A stretch of DNA of 64,000 nt from Candidatus Nanopelagicales bacterium (GCA_041393815.1 JAWKJK010000001.1:145058-209057); one strand, 5' to 3'. Positions 48,159-57,652 are shown, counted from the first letter of the stretch. Notes: generated from the sequence alone by a model not told the origin. Numbers and translations: made by a program.

Positions 48159-49169
48159 TCAGACCGAGGCGGGCAGCCGTACCTCGAAGCAGCAGCCCGG
48201 GCCCTCGTTGCGCACGTCGACGCGCCCGCCGTGCGCCTCCACCACTCCGCGCACGATCGCCAGGCCGAGCCCGGCCCCCTCGCCCGCGCCCGGCGTGCGC
48301 GCGTCCGTGCCGCGCCACCCCGCCTCGAACAGCCGCTCGAGGTCCGCCGCCGAGATCCCGCCGCAGGCGTCCCGCACCGACACCACCGCGGCGTCGTCCT
48401 CCGTACGGGCCGACACCACGACGCTGCCGTCGGCAGGGGTGTGGCGTACGGCGTTGACGACCAGGTTGGCGAGGGCGCGCGACAGCTCGCGGGAGTCGGC
48501 GGTCACGGCGACCGGGCCGTCCGCGGACCCGGTCAGCACCACGCCGCGCGACTGGGCCAGCGGCTGGGTGGACGCCAGCGTGTCCGAGACCAGGTCGGCC
48601 AGGGACACCGTGTCCAGCGCCAGCCGGAGGGTGCCGGCCTGCAGCCGGGACAGCGCCAGCAGGTCGTCGACCATGCCGGACATCCGGTCCACCTCGGCGC
48701 GCATCTGGGCGTGGTAGCGGGCCGGGTCGTCCGCGACCCCGTCCTCCAGCGCCTCCGCCATGGCACGCAGGCCGGCCAGCGGGGTGCGCAGGTCGTGCGA
48801 CGCCCAGGCGACCATCTCGCGTCGGGACTCCTCGACCTCGCGGTCCCGTTCGCGGGCCGCCTGCTCCTCGGCCACGGTGCGGGTCAACGCGGCGACCCGG
48901 CGGGCCACCAGGACGCCGAACAGCAGGGCGACGGGGACGGCCGCGCCGAGGACGAGCAGGACCAGCGTGGTGTCGGTCGGCGACAAGAACATGGCCCGCG
49001 AGCTGGCGAGCACGCCGGCGGCGACCGACGCCACGACGACGACGGGCGAGGCGATCGCGGCCGCCGCCACGGACCGACGGGCGAGCACCGCGACGCCGAG
49101 CGCGCCGAGCGCGCCGACGGCGGCCGCGGTGCCGGCCGACAGCAGGACGGCGGGCAGTTCCGGTCCCAT
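48159..49169 (-). CDS. Sensor histidine kinase (intramembrane-sensing type)
   Basis: Short hydrophobic N-terminus without a periplasmic domain. H-box [11 protein letters not shown]-box [10 protein letters not shown] and G-box GAGLGLAIV. Confidence 0.9.
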   Translation of the reverse strand: MGPELPAVLLSAGTAAAVGALGALGVAVLARRSVAAAAIASPVVVVASVAAGVLASSRAMFLSPTDTTLVLLVLGAAVPVALLFGVLVARRVAALTRTVAEEQAARERDREVEESRREMVAWASHDLRTPLAGLRAMAEALEDGVADDPARYHAQMRAEVDRMSGMVDDLLALSRLQAGTLRLALDTVSLADLVSDTLASTQPLAQSRGVVLTGSADGPVAVTADSRELSRALANLVVNAVRHTPADGSVVVSARTEDDAAVVSVRDACGGISAADLERLFEAGWRGTDARTPGAGEGAGLGLAIVRGVVEAHGGRVDVRNEGPGCCFEVRLPASV

Positions 49170-49196
49170 GGTGGTCCCGCTAGCTCCGCCGGCCGG

Positions 49197-49256
49197 CCGT
49201 CATGAGGTCCGCCGTCATGACATCCGCCGTCACGAGGTCCGCCGTCACGACGCGGA
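49197..49256 (-). repeat. Four tandem 15-bp units spanning the response-regulator stop codon and the RR-HK spacer
   Basis: Sense strand: TGACGGCGGACCTCG TGACGGCGGATGTCA TGACGGCGGACCTCA TGACGGCCGG... The TGAs are at 49245, 49230, 49215 and 49200, all in the RR frame. Confidence 0.9.
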
Positions 49257-50000
49257 CCGGTCCGGCTCGGTCGGGTCCCACCGGTAGCCGACCCCCCACA
49301 CCGTCACCAGCCGGGTCGGGGCGGACGGGTCCCGCTCGACCTTCTCCCGCAGCCGGCGTACGTGCACCGTGACGGTGGACTGGTCGCCGTACTCCCAGCC
49401 CCAGACCTCCCGCATCAGGTCCGCGCGGGAGAACGCCCGGCCGGGGCGGGCCAGCAGGTGGGCCAGCAGGTCGAACTCGCGGGAGGTCAGCAGCAGTTCC
49501 GTGCCGCCCCGAGTGGCCCGGTGGGCGACGGTGTCGACGACGAGGTCGCCGTCGCGCAGGGGTCCGGCGGCCGCGGGCGCCGCTCCCGCCCCGCCGTCGC
49601 CCTCGCCGTCGCCGTCGTCGGTGCCGGGGGCGGACGGCGCCGAGCGGCGCAGCACCGACTGGACCCGCAGCACCAGCTCGCGCGGGCTGAACGGCTTGGT
49701 CACGTAGTCGTCGGCACCCACCTCGAGGCCGAGCACCCGGTCCTCCTCCTCGCCGCGGGCGGTGAGCATGACCACGGGCAGGTCGCCGCGGTCCGCGCGC
49801 AGCCGCCGGCAGACCTCCAGGCCGTCGATCCCGGGGAGCATGAGGTCGAGCACCACCAGGTCCGGCCGGTGCTCGGCGGCCGCGGCCAGCGCGGAGGGAC
49901 CATCGGCGGCACGCACGGTCCGCAGGCCGGCCCGGGACAGGTAGCCCGCCACCACCTCGGACACGGTGGCGTCGTCGTCGACGACCAGGACGCAGGACAT
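49245..50000 (-). CDS. OmpR/PhoB-type response regulator
   Basis: Trimmed to the ATG at 50000 (MSCVLVVDDD...). DLVVLDLMLPGIDG, KPF, and a winged helix TVHVRRLREK...VWGVGYRW. A Gly/Asp-rich linker is inserted between the domains. Confidence 0.9.
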   Translation of the reverse strand: MSCVLVVDDDATVSEVVAGYLSRAGLRTVRAADGPSALAAAAEHRPDLVVLDLMLPGIDGLEVCRRLRADRGDLPVVMLTARGEEEDRVLGLEVGADDYVTKPFSPRELVLRVQSVLRRSAPSAPGTDDGDGEGDGGAGAAPAAAGPLRDGDLVVDTVAHRATRGGTELLLTSREFDLLAHLLARPGRAFSRADLMREVWGWEYGDQSTVTVHVRRLREKVERDPSAPTRLVTVWGVGYRWDPTEPDRSAS

Positions 50001-50105
50001 GCCGCCCAGGGTAGGCGGAGGCGACGGGTGCCGCCGGGCCGCGCGGCCCACGTTCCGCGGACCGTAAGGAGCCCCCGGGACCCGGTCCGCGTCCCCCATC
50101 CGCAC

Positions 50106-50162
50106 CCGGTGGAACGTACGACCACCCAGGAGCGCGCGCGGGCTGGTCCTGCGTTCCACCGG
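50106..50162. repeat. GGTGGAAC...GTTCCACC palindromic element, copy D
   Basis: ccggtggaacgtacgaccac ... ctggtcctgcgttccaccgg, between the hydrolase stop and the RR start. Confidence 0.65.
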
Positions 50163-50251
50163 CGGGGACGGACGGGGAGCGCGGGACGGGTGGGCGCCCT
50201 GGGGCGCGTGCGCACGGGGTCGGCGGTGCGCCCGGGCGGCCGCACGTCCGG

Positions 50252-51091
50252 TCAGGTCGTGGACAGCGGGCGGGGGGCCAGCGTCGCCAGCCGGTGCGGC
50301 TCGGTGAGCAGCCACCCGTGGTTGCCCTCGACCACCCGGACCCGCACCCCGTCACGCTTGTGCAGGGACTGCAACCGGGCCGGCGGCACGATGCCGTCCC
50401 GGTCGGCCAGCAGCAGCGTGATCCGCGCCCCCGTGGCCGCCAGCGCGGCGATCTCGTCGACGAGGTCGGAGTGCTTGGCGGCGACGCCCGCGGAGGCCAC
50501 CGCCCGGGGGTGCCGGACCAGGTTCGGCAGCGCGTCCACGACCCGGGTCAGGTTGGAGCGCCCGACCTCGTGCCGCAGCCCCGCCACCAGGCCGGCCCAC
50601 GACGTCACTGCGGAGCCGGCCCCGCCGATCGGGCAGACCAGCGTGATCTCGGAGAACAGGTCCGGTCGGCGCGCGGCGGCCTCCACGACCACCCCGCTGC
50701 CGTACGAGTGCGCGACCACCGGCACCGGCCCCTCCAGCGCGAGGCACTCGACCGCCTCGGCGATCCGCTCGGCCGTGCGGCCCAGCGTCCCGCGGCCCCC
50801 GCGGACGGGGGTGGAGTCGCCGAACCCGGGCAGGCTCGGCGCGAGCACGTGCCAGCCGACCGTGGCCAGCGCCTCGATGGCGGGTGCGTACCCGCGCGGG
50901 CTGAGCCCCCAGCCGTGCACGAACACCAGCGGCGGACGGTCGGGCTGCCCGACCCCGAACACCTCGACCCGGGTGCCGGACCGGTTGGTGCCGTCGAACC
51001 AGACCGCGAACTGCTCCCAGGCGACCGGGACGGCGCGGCGGGACAGGTGACCCGAGGCCGGCTCCCCGACGGGAAGCGGCGACCGCGGCAT
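50252..51091 (-). CDS. Alpha/beta hydrolase
   Basis: Trimmed to the ATG at 51091 (MPRSPLPV...). LVFVHGWG and nucleophile elbow AHSYGSG. Confidence 0.75.
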   Translation of the reverse strand: MPRSPLPVGEPASGHLSRRAVPVAWEQFAVWFDGTNRSGTRVEVFGVGQPDRPPLVFVHGWGLSPRGYAPAIEALATVGWHVLAPSLPGFGDSTPVRGGRGTLGRTAERIAEAVECLALEGPVPVVAHSYGSGVVVEAAARRPDLFSEITLVCPIGGAGSAVTSWAGLVAGLRHEVGRSNLTRVVDALPNLVRHPRAVASAGVAAKHSDLVDEIAALAATGARITLLLADRDGIVPPARLQSLHKRDGVRVRVVEGNHGWLLTEPHRLATLAPRPLSTT

Positions 51092-51236
51092 CGGCACGCT
51101 CACGAGGCCACCGCCGTCCCTCCGTCGACTCGTCCGGGCGTCTCCCGACACTACGGCGTACGGTCGCCCGAACACGCCGCAGGGCCCCCGCGCGTCGCGG
51201 CCGGAGCAGCCCCCGAGGCACCGGACGAGGCTCCGG

Positions 51237-52130
51237 TCAGTCCTCCTCGGCGCCCCGCTCGTCCATCCGGGCCAGGAACTGCTCCACCTGAGCACCGATC
51301 TCGTCGGCGGTGGGCACCTCGGCCAGCGAGGCCTGGGTGTCGTCGTACTGCCGCTCCAACGTGGCCAGCACGACCTGGAACTCCTCGTTCCCGGCCAGCT
51401 GGGACGCGATCTCGGCGTCGGCGCGGGCGGCGGCGGGCTCCAGCTCGGTGGCCGGCAGCGCAAGCCCGGTGGCCTCCGACAGCGCGTCCAGCAGGGTCAT
51501 GACGGCCCGTGGGTAGTCGAACTGCACCAGGTAGTGCGGCACGTGCGCCGCCAGCCCCACCACGGGGACGCCGCGCCCACCGAGCACGAGCTCCAGCATC
51601 CCGCCGACGTGGCCGGGCACCTCGAGGTCCCCCAGTGCGCTGGGGTGCGCGGCCAGGACGTCGGCCTCGGTGCCGTGCCAGGTGATCCCCATCGGTCGGG
51701 TGTGCGGCGCCGGCCACGGCACGGCCGCAAGCCCGGCGACCAGCCGTACGTCGAACCGCTCGACCAGGTCCGCGACGGCCGCGACGAAGGCCCGCCAGCG
51801 GTAGTCGGGCTCGGGCCCCTCCAGCAGCAGGAACGGGCGGCCGTCCGCGTCGGTCACCTCGTGCAGCCGGATCTCGGGGATGTCGATGGTCGCGAAGTGG
51901 TCGGAGCGGAACTCCATCCGGGGCCGGCGCGCCCGGTAGTCCAGCAGCGCGTCCGCGTCGAAGCGGGCCAGCTCGCGGTGCGGCCGCGTCCTGAGCAGGT
52001 GGTCGACGGCCAGCCGGCCGGCCGACCCCGCGTCGAGGAACCCGGTGAACGCGTGCACGAGGACCCGCCGGTCCGTCTCGACCGGCTCCCCCAGCAGCTC
52101 GTACAGCTCGTGCGACGCCACCGTCGGCAC
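51237..52130 (-). CDS. PAC2 (proteasome assembly chaperone 2-like) family protein
   Basis: Start is the GTG at 52130 or 52121, with AGGAGAGGAAGG upstream. LVHAFTGFLDAGSAG, LLLEGPEPDYRW and VPHYL, with an acidic C-terminus. Confidence 0.8.
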   Translation of the reverse strand: MPTVASHELYELLGEPVETDRRVLVHAFTGFLDAGSAGRLAVDHLLRTRPHRELARFDADALLDYRARRPRMEFRSDHFATIDIPEIRLHEVTDADGRPFLLLEGPEPDYRWRAFVAAVADLVERFDVRLVAGLAAVPWPAPHTRPMGITWHGTEADVLAAHPSALGDLEVPGHVGGMLELVLGGRGVPVVGLAAHVPHYLVQFDYPRAVMTLLDALSEATGLALPATELEPAAARADAEIASQLAGNEEFQVVLATLERQYDDTQASLAEVPTADEIGAQVEQFLARMDERGAEED

Positions 52131-52293
52131 CCTTCCTCTCCTGCGGTTCGCCCCGTCGGGGCTGCCCTGACCGACACCGATGCGCCGTACGGACCCGCCC
52201 AGCATCCGTCGCGCGCCGGCCCGGCGCCAGCCATGACACGTCAACACGCGCAGCACCCGCCGGTCTTCCCGTCCTCGGTGGGATGCTGGCCGC

Positions 52294-53307
52294 GTGGCAG
52301 ACGTCCTCGGCGGAGCGGAGGGTGCGCATCGGCATGCGAGTGCACCCCGGCCGAGGCTGACCGGGTTCGCCTGGCTGTCCATCGCCGCCGCCGTCGTCAC
52401 GATCGCGCTGAAGTCCGGCGCCTACCTGATCACCGGGTCGGTCGGCCTGCTCTCCGACGCGATGGAGTCGCTGGTCAACCTGGCCGCCGCGATCCTGGCG
52501 CTGGTGGTGCTGCGGGTCGCCGCGAAGCCGGCCGACGACTCTCACCACTTCGGGCACGGCAAGGCCGAGTACTTCTCCGCGTTCGCCGAGGGCGTGCTCA
52601 TCGCGATCGCCGCGGCGCTCATCGGCTGGACCGCGATCCAGCGGCTGATCAATCCCCAGCCCCTGGAGGAGATCGGGATCGGTCTGGCCATCACGCTGGT
52701 GGCCACCGCCATCAACGGGGTGGTCGGCCTGGTCCTGGTCCGCGCGGGCAACCGGCACCGCTCGCTGACGCTGGTCGCCGACGGCAAGCATCTGCTCACC
52801 GACGTCTGGACCTCCGTCGGCGTCGTGGTGGCCGTGCTGCTCGTCGGCCTCACCGGGTGGCTGGTGCTGGACCCGCTGGTCGCGCTCGCCGTCGGCGCGA
52901 ACATCCTGGTCACGGGCGCCTTGCTGGTCCGGCGCGCCACCCGGGGCCTGATGGACCACTCCCTCCCGCCCGCCGACGTCGAGGCGGTGCTGCGGGTGCT
53001 GCGCTCGGTCGTGGCCGCCGAGCCCGAGGTGGGATTCCACGCCATCCAGACCCGCGAGTCCGGCCACGAGCGGTTCGTGTCCATGCACGTGCTGGTCCCG
53101 GGCGGGTGGACCGTGACCCGCGGGCACGACCTGCTCGAGCAGGTCGAGGAGCGGATCGTGCTGGCGCTGCCGCACGCGCACGTGCACACCCACCTCGAGC
53201 CGCGCGAGGACCCGAGGTCGTACGCCGACGCGGTGGCCGGGCTCGCGGTGCTGTCCGCGGACGGGACCGAGCCGGGCGAGGACGCCGGTCCGGAGCGGCG
53301 GAGCTGA
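52294..53307 (+). CDS. Cation diffusion facilitator family transporter
   Basis: SVGLLSDAMESLVN, HHFGHGKAEYF, HLLTDVWTS and a C-terminal cytoplasmic domain. GTG start, possibly later. Confidence 0.9.
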   Translation: MADVLGGAEGAHRHASAPRPRLTGFAWLSIAAAVVTIALKSGAYLITGSVGLLSDAMESLVNLAAAILALVVLRVAAKPADDSHHFGHGKAEYFSAFAEGVLIAIAAALIGWTAIQRLINPQPLEEIGIGLAITLVATAINGVVGLVLVRAGNRHRSLTLVADGKHLLTDVWTSVGVVVAVLLVGLTGWLVLDPLVALAVGANILVTGALLVRRATRGLMDHSLPPADVEAVLRVLRSVVAAEPEVGFHAIQTRESGHERFVSMHVLVPGGWTVTRGHDLLEQVEERIVLALPHAHVHTHLEPREDPRSYADAVAGLAVLSADGTEPGEDAGPERRS

Positions 53308-53353
53308 CGCCACGGCGGACCTGGCACCGGGTTCCCGCCCGGTCGGTGCCGTG

Positions 53354-53395
53354 CCGACCGTCAGGGGGCGTCAACCGACCGTCAGGGGGCGTCGC
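53354..53395 (-). repeat. Two tandem 21-bp units duplicating the stop-codon region of the metalloprotease gene
   Basis: ccgaccgtcagggggcgtcaa / ccgaccgtcagggggcgtcgc (19/21 identical). The real stop is tca at 53382-53384 and the copy is at 53361-53363. Confidence 0.85.
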
Positions 53396-54404
53396 CGCCG
53401 AGGCAGGGCCCCCGGCCGAGCCACCACAGCCCGGCCAGGTCGCCGTCCTGCAGGTCGCGGACGTCGGTGGTCTGCGGGTACATCAGCTGGCCGCGGTCCG
53501 GCACGTGCCCGAGCCCGACCACGTGCGCGAGCTCGTGCAGCACCACCGCCCGGGCCAGCGCCACGCCGCCGGGCATCGTGGTCAGCTGCCGCAGCTGCGG
53601 GGCGTCGAGGGCGATCTGGCCGGACACCGCGACCCGGACACCGCCGATGAGGACCGACTGCGGCCCCGCGACCGCCGCGTTCGGCCCCTCGAGGTCGGCC
53701 ATCTCCGGCGCCCACGACCAGGCCACCAGGATCGGCACCCAGCGCTGGCCGTACCGATCCGGCTGGTAGGCCGACCGCTCCTCGCGCGGGGCCTCGTCGG
53801 TCGGGCCCTCGTACACGAACCGCAGCCCGGTGGCCTCCGAGATCCGCGCGATCGCCCAGTCCAGCGCCTCCGCCCCGAACCGGGGCTGCCCGTCGGGCCT
53901 GATCACGTACCGCAGCTCCCGGCACGGGCTGAACGTGACCGGCTCCGCGGAGTCCTCCTGGGTCTGCAGGTACGCGAACGACGTGGCCGTCGGGGCGGGG
54001 TCCGGGGCCTGCAGCAGCGGCTCCAGCGACGTGGTGCCCGACGCGGAGGGCGAACCGCCGTGCCCGAACGGGTCCCCGCTGGTGGCGGCGGCCGCGGAGG
54101 AGAGGGTCGCGCTCGGGGTGGGGGATCCCTGGCCGGCCGCCGACCCGGAGGCGGCGGGTGCGGACGGGGAGCCCACGGCGCTTCCGGCCACGGCCGAGGG
54201 TCTCTGGGATCCGTTCGCGGCCGCATCGGGCAGGCCGGGATCGGCGGACCGGGCTCCCAGGGCGACCCCGGCGAGGACGGCGGCCCCGGCCGCGGCGGCG
54301 AGCACCGCGACCACACCGGCCCGCCCGCGGCCCCGCCGACGGCCGGGCGGCGGGAGGACGTCGTACCGGTCCACCACCGAACCACGGTAACCGCCGTACG
54401 GCAC
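53382..54404 (-). CDS. Membrane-anchored matrixin-like zinc metalloprotease
   Basis: N-terminal TM helix (VVAVLAAAAGAAVLAGVAL), a Ser/Ala/Pro linker and a zinc motif HELAHVVGLGH followed by a Met-turn-like LMYP. Confidence 0.75.
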   Translation of the reverse strand: MPYGGYRGSVVDRYDVLPPPGRRRGRGRAGVVAVLAAAAGAAVLAGVALGARSADPGLPDAAANGSQRPSAVAGSAVGSPSAPAASGSAAGQGSPTPSATLSSAAAATSGDPFGHGGSPSASGTTSLEPLLQAPDPAPTATSFAYLQTQEDSAEPVTFSPCRELRYVIRPDGQPRFGAEALDWAIARISEATGLRFVYEGPTDEAPREERSAYQPDRYGQRWVPILVAWSWAPEMADLEGPNAAVAGPQSVLIGGVRVAVSGQIALDAPQLRQLTTMPGGVALARAVVLHELAHVVGLGHVPDRGQLMYPQTTDVRDLQDGDLAGLWWLGRGPCLGGDAP

Positions 54405-54470
54405 CCCCGGTGGGGGCTAGGGTGCGCCGGTGCCCGCATGAACGCCGCGTGAACGGCACCGGACCGGCAG

Positions 54471-56405
54471 GTGGCCATGACGCAGACGACTCCTGAGGAC
54501 GAGGTCCGCACCCTCGGCGACCGCGTCCGCGACCGGGTCCCCGCCCTGACCTGGCTGCCCGCGTACCGCTGGTCCCGCATCAGCCGCGACCTGGTCGCGG
54601 GTCTGGTCGTCGCCGCGTTGGCGGTGCCGCAGGCGCTGGGCTACGCCGGCATCGCGGGCGTGCCGGTCCAGGTCGGCCTGTACGCCATCCCCGGGGCGCT
54701 GGTGATGTACGCCCTGCTCGGGACCTCGCGGACCCTGTTCCTCGGTCCGGTCTCGACCGTCTCGGTGCTCTCCGGAACGCTGGTCGCTGGGATGCTCGGG
54801 TCTGCGGCCCAGGACCCGGCGCGGGCGATGGCCCTCACGTCGGCGCTGGCGTTGTCGACCGGGCTCGTGCTGCTCGTCGCCGGCCTGCTCCGGCTGGGCT
54901 GGGCCGCGGAGTTCCTGTCCCGCCCGATCATCACCGGCTTCGTGTTCGGGCTGGTCATCCTCATCATCCTCGGCGAACTGCCGTCCCTGCTGGGGCTGCC
55001 CGCGGAGTCCGGCGGGGTGCTCGACCGGATCGGGTCCCTGGTCAGCCACATCACCGACCTGAACCCGCTCACGGCCGCCATCGGCGTCGGCTCGCTGGCC
55101 GTGCTGTTCCTCGGCGCCAGGTTCGCCCCTCGGTTCCCCTGGGGCCTGCTGCTCGTCGTGGCGGGCATCGTCGCGTCCAACGCCCTGGACCTGGCCGGTC
55201 GGGGCGTCGCCGTCATCGGGTACGTGCCCGACGGGCTGCCGCCGATCGGACTGCCCGGGGTCGGGGTCGGCGACTTCCCCGCGATCCTGGCCGGCGGGGC
55301 CGCACTGGCGCTGGTCGGGCTGGGCGAGGGCCTCAGCGCGGCCCGGCTGTTCGCGTCCCGCTCGGGAGCGCCGGTGTCCGCGGACCAGGAGTTCCTGGCC
55401 ACCGGGGCGGCCAACCTCGCGTCGGGGTTCACCGGCGGGCTCGGCGTCGCGGGCAGCCTGTCGAAGACCGCGGCCGCGGATCGGTCCGGGGCCCGCAGCC
55501 AGATGTACAGCCTCGTGGCCGCCGCGGTGGTCGTCGTCGTCCTGCTGGCCGCCGCGGGGCTGCTGTCCGGGCTGCCTCGTACGGTGCTGTCCGCGATCGT
55601 GATCCAGGCGGTGTGGGGGCTGATGGACGTCCCGGCGATGCTGCGCTATCGCCGGATCCGCCGCAACGACTTCGTCTCCGCGCTGGCTGCGCTGCTCGGC
55701 GTGCTGGTGCTCGGGCCGTTGTACGGCCTGCTCGCGGCGGTCGCGCAGTCGGTGCTCGGGCTGGTCTACCGCTCCAGCCGGGTCGACATCGACGTCATGG
55801 GCAAGGTCCCGGGTGAGAAGGCCGCCTGGGGCAGCGTGGCCCGACATCCGGACCGGGTGACCGTGCCCGGCATCCTCGTCCTGCGGCTGGACTCGCCACT
55901 GTTCTGGGTCGACGCCGCCCAGGTGCGCGACGCGGTCCTCGCGGAGGTGGCCCGCAACCCCGGCACCGTCGCGCTGCTCCTCGACCTCGAAGCCACCAAC
56001 CAGCTCGACACCACCAGCGTGGACATGATGTTCGAGCTGCTGAAGGACCTGCGCGAGCAGGGGGTACGGCTGTACCTGGTCCGGGTGTTCCACCGCGCCC
56101 GGGGGGTGTTGCGGAAGTCCGGCTTCGAGGAGGCGCTCGGCCGCGACCGGATGTGGCACAGCATCTCCCAGGGGGTGAAGGCCGCCCGCAAGGACCTCGG
56201 GCTCAAGGGTCAGGCAACGCCGACGGAGGGCGCGCCGGAACTGGCAAGGGTCGGGGCCGAGCACGCGGCGGACGGGACGGACTCCGACGGCGACGAGGGC
56301 CCCGACTACGACCCGCACGAGGAGCGGATCGCGGTGGACCACCACCACGACGGGGACGACGACGAGGACGAGAACGAGCGCCCCGCCGCCCGACGGACGC
56401 GGTAG
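54471..56405 (+). CDS. SulP family inorganic anion transporter with STAS domain and acidic/His-rich tail
   Basis: RDLVAGLVVAALAVPQALGYA, STAS ILVLRLDSPLFWV...LLLDLEATNQLDTTSV, and a tail ...DSDGDEGPDYDPHEERIAVDHHHDGDDDEDENE. Start at 54471 (GTG) or 54477 (ATG). Confidence 0.9.
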   Translation: MAMTQTTPEDEVRTLGDRVRDRVPALTWLPAYRWSRISRDLVAGLVVAALAVPQALGYAGIAGVPVQVGLYAIPGALVMYALLGTSRTLFLGPVSTVSVLSGTLVAGMLGSAAQDPARAMALTSALALSTGLVLLVAGLLRLGWAAEFLSRPIITGFVFGLVILIILGELPSLLGLPAESGGVLDRIGSLVSHITDLNPLTAAIGVGSLAVLFLGARFAPRFPWGLLLVVAGIVASNALDLAGRGVAVIGYVPDGLPPIGLPGVGVGDFPAILAGGAALALVGLGEGLSAARLFASRSGAPVSADQEFLATGAANLASGFTGGLGVAGSLSKTAAADRSGARSQMYSLVAAAVVVVVLLAAAGLLSGLPRTVLSAIVIQAVWGLMDVPAMLRYRRIRRNDFVSALAALLGVLVLGPLYGLLAAVAQSVLGLVYRSSRVDIDVMGKVPGEKAAWGSVARHPDRVTVPGILVLRLDSPLFWVDAAQVRDAVLAEVARNPGTVALLLDLEATNQLDTTSVDMMFELLKDLREQGVRLYLVRVFHRARGVLRKSGFEEALGRDRMWHSISQGVKAARKDLGLKGQATPTEGAPELARVGAEHAADGTDSDGDEGPDYDPHEERIAVDHHHDGDDDEDENERPAARRTR

Positions 56406-56524
56406 CGGGCGCGCCGAGCGGGACACGCCGCGCCGGATCGGTCCGAGGCCGTGCGCGACGCCGGGCTGGTTTGGGAGGCTGGGCCCGACGCCGCAGCGAG
56501 CGGCGACAACCAGGGGAGAGCCAG

Positions 56525-57628
56525 ATGAGCATGGGCACGGGCGGGACGCCGGGACCCGGGTGGTACGCCGCACCGGAGGGTGACGGACGACTGCGCTGGT
56601 GGGACGGCGCCCGCTGGACCGAGCACTACGCCGAGCGGCCGACACCCGCAGCCCAGCAGCCTCCGGCCGCGGCTCCCCCGGCCGCGGCTCCCCCGGCAGC
56701 GGCACCGCCGGCACAGGCTCCCCCGGCCGCCGCACCCCCGGCCGCCGCTCCCCCGGCCGCCGCACCGCCGGCACAGGCTCCCCCGGCCGCCGCTCCCCCG
56801 GCACAGGCCCCCCCGGCCGCATCTCCGCCGCCCGCATCGACGCCTCCTGCCGGCGCGGCCCCCGCAGCAGCGGCCGCGGCGGCACCCGCAGCCGGCACCT
56901 CAGCGCCGCCGGCAGCAACTCCGCCGGCACAGCCTCCGGCCAGCCCGCCCGCGCAGCCACCCGCCTCATCCCCGGGGTCGCAGTCCTCGGGTGGTTCGGC
57001 CGCCCCCGCCGCCGCTGCCGCGGCCGGCGCGGCTGCAGGGGCGGCTGCCGGCGCGGCGGCATCACCGCCGCCCGCGGCCGGGCCCCCGGCGAGCGCACCT
57101 CCCGCCGCCACACCGCCGGCGGCGCAGGCCCCCTCCGGTCCGCCGCCCAGCGCGCCCGCGCTGCAGCCCGCGGCCCAGCCCGCATCGGCGGTTCCTCCTG
57201 CGGCGGGCCCTCCGGCCGCCGGCGCCCCCGGGCCAGGTGGGTACCCCCAGGCCGGCTACCCCCAGGCCGGCTACGCCCAGCAGGTGCCCGCCGGCGCCCC
57301 GCCGAAGAAGAAGCGCACCGGCCTCATCGTCACCCTGGTCGTGCTGGTGGTCGTCCTGCTGGCCCTCGCGGGCGCGGGCATCTGGCTGGTGCTGAAGAAC
57401 GCCAAGGTGCTCGACACCACCAAGCTGGAGACCCAGATCGCGGCGGAGCTCACCACCCGGATCGGCGACACCATCACCGTCGACTGCCCGGCCGACCAGC
57501 CGGTGGAGACGGGCTACACGTTCGAGTGCGTCGCCAGCGACAGCTCGGGCACCAAGCGCGTCGTCGTCATCACCGAGGACGATGACCAGGGCAACGTGAC
57601 CTGGGAGCTGACGGACCGCGAGCCCTAG
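56525..57628 (+). CDS. DUF2510 N-terminal / Pro-Ala-rich linker / TM / DUF4333 C-terminal protein
   Basis: Trimmed to the ATG at 56525 with AGGGGAGAG upstream. GWYAAPEGDGRLRWWDGARWTEH, about 230 aa of P/A low complexity, a TM helix LIVTLVVLVVVLLALAGAGIWLV, and the C-terminal ...TITVDCPADQPVETGYTFECVA... Confidence 0.75.
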   Translation: MSMGTGGTPGPGWYAAPEGDGRLRWWDGARWTEHYAERPTPAAQQPPAAAPPAAAPPAAAPPAQAPPAAAPPAAAPPAAAPPAQAPPAAAPPAQAPPAASPPPASTPPAGAAPAAAAAAAPAAGTSAPPAATPPAQPPASPPAQPPASSPGSQSSGGSAAPAAAAAAGAAAGAAAGAAASPPPAAGPPASAPPAATPPAAQAPSGPPPSAPALQPAAQPASAVPPAAGPPAAGAPGPGGYPQAGYPQAGYAQQVPAGAPPKKKRTGLIVTLVVLVVVLLALAGAGIWLVLKNAKVLDTTKLETQIAAELTTRIGDTITVDCPADQPVETGYTFECVASDSSGTKRVVVITEDDDQGNVTWELTDREP

Positions 57629-57652
57629 GACCGACCGACCCCGACCTCCCGA

